DNA of 63,978 nucleotides, filler included, from Octopus bimaculoides (GCF_001194135.2; 5 parts of 5 records of this genome joined end to end with filler, not necessarily neighbours in it); one strand, 5' to 3'; shown: positions 50,384-62,679, counted from the first letter of the whole stretch. Notes: generated from the sequence alone by a model not told the origin. Program-made: numbers and translations.

Positions 50384-52157
50384 GAAAATGCAGTTTGGGT
50401 TTGTGCCAAGGAAAAGCACCACTGATGTTATATTTCTGGTCAGCCAGCTCAGGAGAAATACCTAGCCAAAGATAAACCTCAGTACTTGGCTTTCGTTGAC
50501 ATGGAGAAAGTCTTTGACAGGGTCCCTAATCCTTTATTTGGTGGTTAATGCAGAAACTAGGGATAGATAAGTGGTTAGTGAGAGCTGTACAAGCCATGTA
50601 CAGGGATGCTGTCCGCAAGGTGAGGGTTGGCAATGAGTATAGTGAAGAATTCCGGGCAGGGGCCCATCAAGGATCAACCCTCAGCCCCCTCTTACTCATC
50701 ATAGTCCTCCAGGCAATAACAGAGGAATTCAATACAGGATGACCCTGGAGATTCTCCTTGCTGATGACCTTGCTCTAATAGCTGAGTCACTATCAGAACT
50801 AGAGATGTTTCAGGTGTGGAAGCAAGGTCAAGAATCAAAGGGCCTTAGAGTCAATCCAGCAAAAACCAAAGTCTTAGTAAGTAGGAAGGCAGACAAATCA
50901 CAAATCCCTTCAGGTAGATGGCCCTGCTCGATCTGTAGAAAAGGCATAGGTAAAAACTCCATAAGATGTACCTGGTGTAAGCTATGGACACATAAGAGGT
51001 GCAGCAATATCAAAGGAAGGCTAACTGGGAAGATAGTTTTTGTGTAGCAAATGCTCAGGAGCAATAAACACTGAAAATGTGCAGAAAACAGTTTCTGTCA
51101 CATGCCAGGGGGAAAAACTAGAAGTAGTTGATTGCTTCCATTACCTAGGTGATCAAGTCAGTAGTTGGGGTGGATGCTCTGAGAATATAGCTGCTAGAAT
51201 AAGAATAGCCTGGGAAAAGTTCAGAGAGCTCCTACCTCTGCTGGTAACAAAGAGCCTCTTGCTCAGAGTGAAAGGCAGACTGTATGATACAGGTGTGTGA
51301 ACAGCCATGTTACATGGCAGTGAAACATGGGCCGTAACTGCTGAGGACATGCATAAGCTTGCAAGAAATGAATCTAGCATGCTCTGCTGGATGTGTAATG
51401 TCAGTGTGCATACATGACAGAGTGTAAGCACCCTGAGAGTAAAGTTGGACCAAAGAAACATCAGATGTCATGTGGAAGAGAGACGACTGCACTGGTATGG
51501 TCATGTGCTGCGTATGGATGAGGACACTTGTGTGAAGAAGTGTCACACCTTAGCAGTAGAGGGAACCTGTGGGAGAGGCAGGCCCAGGAAGACCTGGGAT
51601 GAGGTGGTGAAGTGTAACCATCAAATGTTGGGCCTCATGGAGGTGATGACAAGTGACCAAGACCTTTGGAAATATGCTGTGCTTGAGAAGACCTGTCAAG
51701 CCAAGTGAGATCGTAACTGTGGCCTATGCCAGTGTAGCATAACTGGCCCATTTAAGAGTACCCTTAAATCATTGGGCAATAAACTGTGCTTAAGAAGACC
51801 TGTTGAGTCAAGTGAAATCATTGTTGTGGCCGATGCCAATACCACCTGACTGGCACGTAACAAAGCACCATTCAAACATGGTTGTTGCCAGTGCCACCTG
51901 ACTGGCTCCCCTGCTGGTGGCATGTAAAAAGCACCATTCAAGCATGGTCAATGCTAGTACCACCTGACTGGTCCTTCTGCTGGTGGCATGTAAAAAGCAT
52001 CCACTACACTCTCGGAGTGGTTGGCGTTAGGAAGGGCACCCAGCTGTAGAAACCTTGCCAGATCAGATTGGAGCCTGGTTACAGCCGTCTGACTTGCCAG
52101 TCCTCAGTCAAACTGTCAACCCATGCCAGCATGGAAAGTGGACATTAAACGATGATG
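50384..52157 (+). mobile_element. RTE-clade LINE, 5'-truncated pseudogenic RT with 3' UTR repeats and (GAT)n tail
   Basis: MQFGFVPRKSTTD; AFVDMEKVFDRV; HQGSTLSPLL; LADDL; VNPAKTK; FHYLG; ETWA; RRLHWYGHVLRM; GRGRPRKTW. Several frameshifts and stops. Confidence 0.96.
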
Positions 52158-52220
52158 TAGAGGCTTTATAAGGATATGCTGTAAGATGTGAGGAGAATGA
52201 AAACTCCACTAAATTTCCCT

Positions 52221-52438
52221 TTAACTCTTTAGGATTTAAACTGTCCAGATCTGGCCCAAATATGGCGTCTATTTTATGTTCTAACTAGATCCAGCCTCTC
52301 ATACCTACCTACAATGTCCTCTTAAAATAAACAGTCATATCATCAGAATCTTGAAGATATGAGTTAATGTGCGATTAATTCAAACAATGTGAATAAATAA
52401 ACAATTTTGACAGAATAATCTAACTGCTAAAGGATTAA
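52221..52438. mobile_element. piggyBac-type MITE flanked by TTAA
   Basis: ttaa-ctctttagga ... tgctaaagga-ttaa; a second partial copy at 36165-36283. Confidence 0.8.
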
Positions 52439-52479
52439 ATAAATTTCATCTGAAAAGTTTGTTTGTTTATTTACTACAG

Positions 52480-52617
52480 GTTGGACAGGTATGTACTCAA
52501 GGTAGAATTTTACAGCTAAATCCATTTCTTGTTACCAACCCTTGGCTGTTTTACATGTAAGGTACTTTTTAATTCTACAGGTGAAAGTGAAGAATGACTA
52601 GTCATAAAGTCAACAAG
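52480..52617 (+). other. Two splice-consensus exons: 9-nt microexon 52480-52488 and 37-nt exon 52581-52617 (ATG at 52594, MTSHKVNK)
   Basis: tttgtttatttactacag|GTTGGACAG|gtatgt and tactttttaattctacag|...CAACAAG|gtaagt, separated by a 92-nt intron. Confidence 0.5.
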
Positions 52618-53019
52618 GTAAGTAAAAATCATTCATCATTTCATTCACACTATGGGATAACAACATTCATGCACATTTGCATGCATATACAAATGTGTGT
52701 GGACTAGCAGTTAAGGTACTGCACTCATGATTACAATATTGTAGTTTTCAATTCCTGAACCAGATAGTGCATTGTGTTCTTGAGCAAAGCACTTGATTTT
52801 TTGTTGCTTTGTGATAACTTCTACATCTGGCATGTGACACACCATGCACTAGTACAGGCAATGTCGATTTGATGGAGTGAGTGAGTTCATGAACAGCAGA
52901 AACATTTGATCACCGTAAACAAATTATCTGTGCAGGTGGTTCAACAAGAAATTGTGGAATCATCTTTCTCAAACTTGAGAGACTATCAAGACAAATTTAT
53001 GCATAAAACAGACTTCATA

Positions 53020-53158
53020 ACTCACTAAATTCCCTTTCAAGGTATTGGTCAACTTAGCACTCTAATAGAAGACACTTGTCCAAGGTGCCGTGCCAAGGGA
53101 CTGAACTTGAAACTATGTGGTTGGGAAGTGAATTTCTTAACCATATAGCCATACCTGC
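53020..53158 (-). mobile_element. SINE family A head, CpG-decayed (another at 55640-55818)
   Basis: gaagacacttg(t)c(c)caagg..gggac..cca(t/c)a(t/c)agcca(t/c)acctg. Confidence 0.75.
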
Positions 53159-53769
53159 ACTTATTAAAGAAAACAAACCTAAAGGAATTATAGATATACA
53201 TAATTTTAGGACTATATAGTTAAGTCAGCTGTGGATTTGGATTAAATAAAGCTTTTCCTCAGCTTTCTGTACCCAATTACCAGTTGTAGTAACACTATAA
53301 ATCCCCATAACTGACATAGTAAGTGTTATAGAGATTAACATATAAACTCTATTATATAAACTGGTAAGCTGATGATGATACCACTATGCAGTTGCTCAAC
53401 ATAGAAATAGCAGCTAAATGATTTTCAACTCATAGATTATCTTTAAAAAATGGAAGCATGTATTGGATAATGAAGTCCTAGATACACAATATTAAAAAAA
53501 ATATTGGGGCTGGTCATGTGGAACGCTTCTTCATAGGTCTGCTCGCTCAGGGCTTACCTGGGATTAAACAATTTTATATAGTCTGATTTAATAATACTGC
53601 TATGCTTTATAGATTGACTACTGAAATAATTAATTAAGTTATTATTAAGCTAGTATTATTCAAATAATTCAATTTATGTATTAAATATTTGTGTGGACAT
53701 TGCAAAGAAAAGTTATCAATAGAAGTACCTCCTCCTCCTGAACATCAAATAACAGATAAACACCCTCAG

Positions 53770-53934
53770 TTGCACCTGAAGCTCATGGTTGTTATTATGT
53801 TTACACCCTGTCTGCTGAATGTCCACATTTACATTCAATATTTACAAATTTACATTCAGTATCATTAAACACAACTAGAATAACTTGTCTGAGACTGGAT
53901 GCAGGAGACAAATACACTGAATTTTCTATTGAAG
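53770..53934 (+). CDS. Candidate 165-nt symmetric exon (unknown product)
   Basis: cctcag|..55 open codons APEAHGCYYVYTLSAECPHLHSIFTNLHSVSLNTTRITCLRLDAGDKYTEFSIE..|gtaatt. The acceptor is weak. Confidence 0.3.
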
Positions 53935-55025
53935 GTAATTGTGGTATTGAAAGCTATTTTAAATATTCAACTATCCAAAAGTATAATTATAGGTTTGGAA
54001 AGTAGATAACATTCTAGTGGAAGATGCAAGACTATATTACATATTGGTTTTGATTTTACAAATATATTATACTACTGAATGTATTTTTTAGCTGTCAGAC
54101 AATATTTCAATGATTATTTTATCCTTCATAGTTTAAGGCCATGCTGGAGCACAAGAGCTATCAATCAACAAGTGATCAGTCATATTTACAGGAGACAGTT
54201 GATTGCTATGGACAACTGGTAATGTGAAAGAGATTTGAATTAAAAAAGTAAAAAGTCATAAATTACTGCAATGTATTTTGTTTGAAGCTCTCAGAATTCT
54301 ATCACTCCTCTGTCCTTATACAGATACTAAACATATAACAGATAAGAGAAAAGGAAAATGGAATTCAAAAGCTTCTTTCTTAATCATTATGATTGTTCTG
54401 ACCCATTGTGCATCAATCCCTTGTGGTTGAGATTCTGTACAATTGGTTGCAGAGCATCATTCAGTGAAGATGCGCCTGTGACTTGTCAAAAGGTACCTCA
54501 CTCTTTAATCTCTGTTTCTCTTATTTTGATTAGAATACAGTTCATTATTTGCCTGGAGCTGGTGGCAAGCAGGAGATATCATGAGTTAGAATGATGAACA
54601 GTTCCCTTATAAGTAATTAACCTACTTACAATTAATCATAAATATAAGAATCAAAAATAAAATAAGTATACAATGAACAAGTTAATCAAAGACTATGTTT
54701 GTGCTACACACACACTCAAAAGTGTTTGGCAAATGAGCAGAGATAATGCAGAGTCAAGACAAACCCTTTAGCACTGGTGCCATGGTAAGAGGCATGTAGT
54801 ATACACTGTACAGTGGTAAGCCAGCCAGCCAGTCAAAGAAACTATGCCAAAAATGGAATATACAAATAAGATATGGAATATACAAATAAGATATGATTCT
54901 CCAATCAGGAAGGCAGTAACTCTCTTTAAAAAGAGAATTACTACCTTCCTAAGTTAGTTCCTTAAAAAGAACTGACTTAGATCATAACAACCCATCAAAA
55001 CCCAGTGTGGAAAGCAGATACAATG

Positions 55026-55093
<68 letters not shown>

Positions 55094-57089
55094 ATGTGTA
55101 TATGTGTGTATGTGCATATGCAGTTGAACTATTAGTGCAAAACTATTTTGAGATATTCTGAAATACATTATTGTAGTATTAGCTATGTTAATATTTATGC
55201 AATAATTTAATTAAATATCAATTGCAAGTGTGTGGAAGGCCAAGAATATTAGTCTCATTATTGGGTAATGGAGTGGCAAAATTAGTAGGGTTTCAGATGA
55301 AATACCTCACAATATTTGATACTCTGAGTTCAAATCCTACTAGTGTCAACATCTTTTAAAAATTACAAAATAAGCATGAGTAGTGAAACTGATTTAATTA
55401 TTAAATTCATTTCTATAATTTGTAGTCTTGTGTGGCATCATCACTGAACAACCACTTTTCTATGATTGCTCGAATCAAAGAATTTGCTAAGGCAAATTTT
55501 CTACAGCTGGATACCCTTCCTGTCACCAATGTTCACCTGTTTCCAAATATGGTAAAATTTCCTCATAGAAGACTGAAAACAAAAAATATCGCTTGTATGA
55601 CAGTGATTCTCATTTACAATTATCAAGTGATGGAAAGGGTACACACACACACACAAACACTCACAACAGGCTTCTTTCAGTTTCAATTTACCAAATCCAC
55701 CCACAAGGCTCTGCTGAGCCTAAGCTGCAATAGAAGACACTTGTCCCAAGGTTCCATGTAGTGGGACTTCACATTATATTAGGGAAACACATCTTAATCA
55801 CATAGCCACACCTGTACCTACAAAACATATTATTATATTATTATTACTAATGTTGATGTATTGCTGAAGACTGCAGTTGTGTATTCACTTGTGCCATGTC
55901 TCTTAAACTTCAGCTGTAGTTAGAACTAGAAAAAAACTCCCAACTATTTTGAAACAAAATACAAACATTTTCCTTGTAACATTGTCAATCATCTTAACCA
56001 ACCAAAGCCAAAAAATTTTGATGTCTTTAATTGAAAGAATACTATCTTTTCTGTTATATCTGTATTATTTAGTGCTTTACTAACTCAAGAACTAAATCTG
56101 GTTATGTTCCCTTAGAAAAAGAAAAACAAAAAGCAATGAGCAATATCAATAAAACTTAGTGAGAAATGTTTTTAACATACAAATATTATTTGAAACAAGT
56201 GATATATATTTTCAAACATGAGTTAAGCCAAGCCATATAAATAATGTAAAATATATACATACATACATATATCATATACAATACATTTTATTTTTTTGCT
56301 GGTTTTAGTCATTAGTCCAGCTTCTTTCACTGCCTTCATATTCTTGTTGATCAGTTCAGTTATATAATTGTCAATTTCAATAGCTAGTCCTGTTGTCTAC
56401 ATAGAGTACTCTCTCTCTTTCTCTTTCTCTCTCTCTCTCTCTCTCTCTTACACATTCTTCTCATTCAACAACCTCTTGTTCAAGCATTTCCATGCCCCCT
56501 TCTTCGTGGTAGTGAGAGCAAATGTGTTGCAATGATTGCATACATGCTTTGCAGAAAAAAGACATCCTGATTTGAACGAACAAACAACATTGCAATCTAT
56601 AAAACAGCCACACCTCTCCTTGTCACACTGGCATATTTTCCAAAGTATACCTGAAGTCTTGCTTTTTTTTTTCTAGCTATCTAGATTTGTTCCTTGTTCC
56701 ATAATTTTTTCACTCTTTTCGCGCTTGTACCTCAGTTTTTTTTACTGTATCTGCAGCACTCTTCCACCACTATCACATGTCACCATTTGCAACACTAACT
56801 TTAGAAAGCTACCTAATTTCATATTATCTGCACGGGCAATCCAGATGGACTTCATCTTAAGCAGGAAATGAGAAAGGCAGCTGATAGTGAAACTCTTTCT
56901 CCAAAGAAAACTGTACCACTAAATATAGGCTAATGATTAATGACATCATAGTAAGAGTTAGACAACTAGAAGACACAAGACAATCTGGAGAAGGAAGGCA
57001 TGACAGCATCAGAGAGACTGATTACATGGAAAACAAGTGAGTTTCTACAAAACAATATGCAGTGGGCCACAGATCAGAATGTATGTATG

Positions 57090-58640
57090 AAGAAAAGTTT
57101 CAGCTATAAAGGAGCTGACATAGTGATGAGATTGTACAGCTATTAAAGCTAAGAGACATGTGTGAAAGAATGCAAGAAAGAGTAAAATAAAGAATAATAT
57201 CAGATAACTAGAAGATATCAAGTATATCTAGCAAGGTGAGTGGCAAAGAGTAAAAATTTTGCCTATGTCCTTACTTAATATGGATAAGAAGTGCAAAATG
57301 ATCTGATTTGCAAAACAAACAGTATGTCATAGTGAACCTTCACATTGTCAGTGAAAGATGAGTACATAATTGCTGTAATGCACTCACCCTCACTGACACT
57401 AAGAAAAAAAGTTATTGATGAATGAAGAAAAACAGACTCAACAAACATTCCAGTCATTTAGACTGATTACTGCATGGTCAAAGAGAACATTAAAAACATG
57501 AAGGCAAAGAGAGCCATGGTACCATTGAGTATAGTTACTGAGATGTTGAATATGTTTGGTTAAGTAGGATACATGCAAATCACTTGTATAATCAATTAAA
57601 CAATGTGGGGAGCATCTTTGTCATTGCAACATCAATATTAAGGAAAAGGTGATGTATTAGAAAAAATTATACAGACAACAAGTTGATGGAGTAAGCCATA
57701 AAAAAATGATAGTTTTAGTATACTAGATGAATTTCTGCCAGAATGAGGTTCCAATGTGTTTTAGTGAGACATCTATACCTAGCATTCATTGGCTACAAAA
57801 AGAAGTTCAAGGCTGTTCATAGCAACTCTTACGTGCTGATAACCTAGTTCTTATGGCTTAATTAGTAAAAGAATAAGAGGAAAAATTCCATCAAGAAGTC
57901 AATGTAGCAAAGACAAAAGCTTTAAACAGCCAGAGAGAATATAGAACTTTGCTGCAATCTGGGAAATTACTATGCCCAGTGTGCAGAAAAATAGTTGGCA
58001 AGAACAATTATGGGTGCACAAAAAATACAGTGAGATCTCAGGAAGGCTGACAGAGAAGTGGTGACTACATATGTAACATATGCACATGAATAGTTAATAG
58101 TAGGAGCAACCATGAAATGCAACCTTTTTAATAGAACTTTTAGCTACTTCTGCTGAGCCCATTGGGGGTTCACCAGAAATAGTTAATAGCTTCTTTTACC
58201 TAGGCGGTGAAATGTGTTAAGGCCATGGACATTGAAAAAGTATAGTAGCTAGAGTTAACATAGGGATGAACAAATTGAGGGAATTTTTACTTCTGTTGGC
58301 AAAAAAAAAAAAAATTTTTTTAAATAGAGCGTCTCTCTTTAAGTTAAGGGCAGACTTAATACTTGTGTAAAACATGTAGTTTTAACAAGGTAGTACGACA
58401 TTGAATGTAGAGGATATGTAAAGGCTAGAAAGAAACGAAGCAAGAATGCTCCATTAGATGTGTAATATTTGTAGGTATGAACAACAGAGCTCAGGTAAGT
58501 TAAGAGAGAAAATGGGTATTAGAAGGATCAGCAATAGCATACAAGACAATAGAGATAAATGATCCTTATGAAGTGTGAAGGAAACTCAAAAGCCTAAATT
58601 GGAAGGAAATTTCAGGAAAAGTGGCAAAAGAGGTCACAGG
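57090..58640 (+). mobile_element. Old, heavily deleted RTE-clade LINE
   Basis: Collinear remnants: ALTLTDTKKK; NIKNMKAKRA; IVTEML; KGDVLE; LLRADNLVLMA; VNVAKTK; SGKLLCPVCRKIVGKN; WVHKK; RLERNEARML; LREKMGIR. Confidence 0.8.
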
Positions 58641-59408
58641 CTGCTGAATTAATGAAAGAGTTAACGAGGGACTGCAACATTTGGTAAGACAATACAATGG
58701 AGTACATCTGTTGAATCCATACCAGCAAGGAAAAACAGATAGAAAAGTTGACAGTGACTTCAAAGTTTTACTAGTTGTGCCATGGCCAGATACATGCAAT
58801 ATATATAATTCTTATACTTTCAGAAGTTGTTCAAATAAAACAATGTGACTAGTAAATATATTACTACACTATAAAGTTGACTACATTACTGTTACTTTAA
58901 AATACTTTTCATTGATACACTATCTAACAATTACCAGTTTAGCAAGAAACCTAAAATTATGGAGAAGTAGACAACTTTATAATTTAATAATGACACACAA
59001 ACACACACACTTACATACAACTAGTAAAGATGAAATGTTTAGATCTACAATTCTGCTAACAACTTAGAATATAATTTTATTTGTATTTGTTGAGCATTAA
59101 CTTTCTTTTCTACAATCTCAACAGAAAGCAGGTGCAAGTACAGAGAAAGTTTTCATCAAACTATAAAGATATGCTGCAACAAATTAATGTTGCCATACTT
59201 AATTTTTTTTTTTACTTCCCCTAAACTTTTGATTGCCATCATCTAGAGAATAGTGCTCTTCTAATTGATGGGAATCCACATTGGGAAGTATCTGAGATCA
59301 AAGAATCTTCACACATGCTACCAGCAGAAGATCCAATTAGGAAATGCAATGCAGATTTCACAAGCTTAACATTCAAATGTGATGAGCTTGCTTTACATAG
59401 AACCTCTA

Positions 59409-59446
<38 letters not shown>

Positions 59447-60152
59447 ATCTTCAATAAGCAAACAAGTGAAGATTTGACAAGTGGTCTATTGTGAGAAAGA
59501 AAATAGAGTGAAAATCATTTGTAATAACCTAATTCAACTACTGACATTTATTTCAGTTTCATCATACTGTCATGTCTTGCTTTGGCTAGTGAACAACAAG
59601 TAACCTACCAGCCATTTCAGTTTTTTAAGCAGAAATTTTCTTTATCTTTTCTCAACAGCAGCTGTACATCACCAGTGTTACTTTTCTCTCTTAGCTCTTT
59701 CAAATTACAAGGCACATTAAGCTAAATAAGGAATCATTTACTGATTGATAATTTTTAATAACTTAAAATACATCAGTTTCTATTCCTCTTTATTTCTGGT
59801 CAGTATCTGTTTGCATACCTTGCCCTTATAAGCAAGAAAATGTGCAAGAAAATGTTTTGCAGTCAATTGAGCAAACAGATCACTCAATTGATTGCGAAAC
59901 AAGAAAATATGTGCCTGAACTCATAATATTATGTAGCTTTGAAAGTTGCATTCCCTCGCGATCGGTAAAAATGTGCTTATTTTGGTAGTTTTGACTTATG
60001 GAGTCCCTCTAAGCGTGAGGCATTATTGTATAGTAATGCCCTTATATAAATTAAATTATATTTATGAGAAAAAATGATGGTTTTGTTTTTCCTTATGAGG
60101 TTTTTTCACGTTAACTACTTGATAGATTCTTATAAAGATTTTATCCTAACAT

Positions 60153-60186
<34 letters not shown>

Positions 60187-60981
60187 ATATTATTATAAAA
60201 TCTGGTAATTAGTCATATATTAATTAATATCGATTAATTATCAGGNNNNNNNNNNNNNNNNNNNNNNNNNNNNNNNNNNNNNNNNNNNNTTAATTAATTA
60301 ANNNNNNNNNNNNNNNNNNNNNNNNNNNNNNNNNNNNNNNNNNNNTGGTGGTGGTGGTGGTGGTGGTGGTGGTGGTGGTGCGTACAGAGAAAAGGAATAA
60401 CTTAGAGCTATTTTCAAAAACATGCTATGAACATCAGGCGTTGGGTATACTCAGTAGCATATCAGTATATTTCACCGTGATAACGTTTCTATATGACATT
60501 TCTTTAATGTATGTGTGAATTACTTTTTCTATTGACATTCCTGTATTATATTTCTACGTGACATGTCCATATGACATTACTATTTGTGATATCTTTATAT
60601 GATACTATGGGAAAGATTTATTGAAGCAGGCGAAGATTTAAAACAAACAAGACGAAGGCAAAACGAACATTGCTCCAGTTCAACCATGTTTACTCAATAT
60701 TCCGACATGGTTGACACTCTAGGTGGGACACTACACAGAGATAAACACGGTATCGGGATATCATAGACCAAAGATCGATACATCTAGTCACTGATGATCA
60801 AATGTCACAAGCAATGTAGACATGGCATGTAAGTCGATTCCACAATGAGAGATAAACATGATATTTGTAGATGAGACATTATAAAGATGTAAACATGGCG
60901 GCACCTGTAGGTCGAACATCACAAACAAATAAATATACTCTCTCACTGACACACATATATTGCTCTTATTAGTATATTTGT

Positions 60982-61034
<53 letters not shown>

Positions 61035-61490
61035 TATTATTATCATTATTTTTTCCTTTCAATTTTATTTCCATTTGTTGTCGAGTGTCTTCGCAACACC
61101 TAGATCAAAGAAACTTACTGTATACATTGGTATTTTTATAATAATAATAATAGTAATATTTTTAAAAGGATTGACGTAACTCTTCACAACGGTAAACAGT
61201 CAAAACGAAGAGCGTGATCGATTCAATTCTAAGATATTTTATTAGTTGAATGATATTTCAACAGTTAAGTCTGCCTTTGTCAAGTTCAAAATAAGAAGTG
61301 ATAAAAATTCAAAATTACAGAAATTTAAACGTAAAGTATGAACGAGAGCAACCAGCGTCCACACGTTGATGGAATGACATCCTCAGTTTTTAAGTTACAA
61401 TTTTATAAAAGGCGAAAAGAAAAAGACGGAGAAAATAGAAAAAAGAAGACGACAGAAAAAAAGGAAAGAAAAAGAGAGAAAGAAGAATAT

Positions 61491-62040
61491 TTAATCAAGC
61501 AGTTTTGTATAAATTTGATGATATTCTCCTGTCATCTTATTCCTCCAGGGCGTGATGTTAATAACCCACAAACATATTTCTCCTCATACATTCTGAGAAG
61601 TGAAAGTGGGGCAGATTCAGAATATTTTCTAAGAATATGCACTTTCAAGTCTTCTTCAAAATTGCAGCCGCTTGAAACGAAATGTTCAGCAAGTTCTGTC
61701 GAACTACTGTTATTGTGCCCGACGTCGAATCTGTGCCCATTAAACCTTTTGTTTAATCGTTCTGTTGTACAACCAACATAAATCAAGTTGTGTTTCGTGC
61801 ATTCTGCAGCGTACACCAAATGGGAATCTTTACATGTTCCACCGTCTGTATAAATCGTAACATTTCTGTTATGATTTCTGATGGAATTCACTTCCCTCAT
61901 GTTGTTGCACAATGAACACGGCTTACCTCTCTTGCGGCTGTTCTTTAAGGTACAGCGTGCAGATACTCCTATGTTCGTTTTCTTGGAGTCAGATATAGAG
62001 GTCAATAATTCTCTTCATTGACCACAACCTTCGTATTTCC
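61491..62040 (-). mobile_element. Penelope-like element, C-terminal GIY-YIG endonuclease with upstream Cys cluster (Neptune-like)
   Basis: KPCSLC..GGTCKDSHLVYAAECTKHNLIYVGCTTERLNKRFNGHRFD..LAEHF..EEKYVCGLLTSRPGG; after a frameshift ends NKMTGEYHQIYTKLLD*. 5' end abuts (TAA)n. Confidence 0.88.
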
Positions 62041-62043
62041 CAC

Positions 62044-62100
<57 letters not shown>

Positions 62101-62616
62101 GAGTGAGAGAGCAGTGCATGCCATCAAAGTGACACTGGGGTACAATTATACGAAGCCCAGTACACCCATCATGACTACCTGTCTGATAAGGGTACACAAC
62201 CATATGTGCACGACATGAGGGATCTCATATCAAGATAAACAGCGTATGACTGCAGGTAGGGGGCAGTTAGAATTTTCTTCTTCAGGTCGAGTAGCCCATC
62301 ACGCTCAAAAGGTCCCTGAATAAGGGTTGTTTAAGGATGATGAACAAAACACCCATGTTTCCAAAGGTGAATTATCCAAACCCCAAAGAATTCCTCTCAA
62401 CACATGTCTATGATGCTCCCCCACTACTTCTGCTCATGATCAGAGATGCACATATCATCAGCCACCAAGAGACATGTTCAACTGGTTAAGGTCAAACAAC
62501 TGACAAGCAAATCTGTGGTATTAAGCAGAATATTTGCCGTAGCCCATCTTTTATACAAAGACAAAACAATGTACATGATATCACTTTCAATCAGTAAGGT
62601 CAGAAGCCATGAGAGG

Positions 62617-62617
<1 letters not shown>
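62101..62617 (-). mobile_element. ~520-bp non-coding unit bracketed by two (ATT)n arrays; probable interspersed repeat
   Basis: Sharp compositional boundaries, higher GC, no recognisable protein; arrays at 62046-62100 and 62618-62705. Single copy in this window. Confidence 0.45.

Positions 62618-62679
<62 letters not shown>

Noticed and set aside
51826-52000. Direct repeats with variable spacers resembling a CRISPR array
   Set aside because: Only three divergent units inside an RTE 3' UTR in a eukaryotic context; no cas genes.
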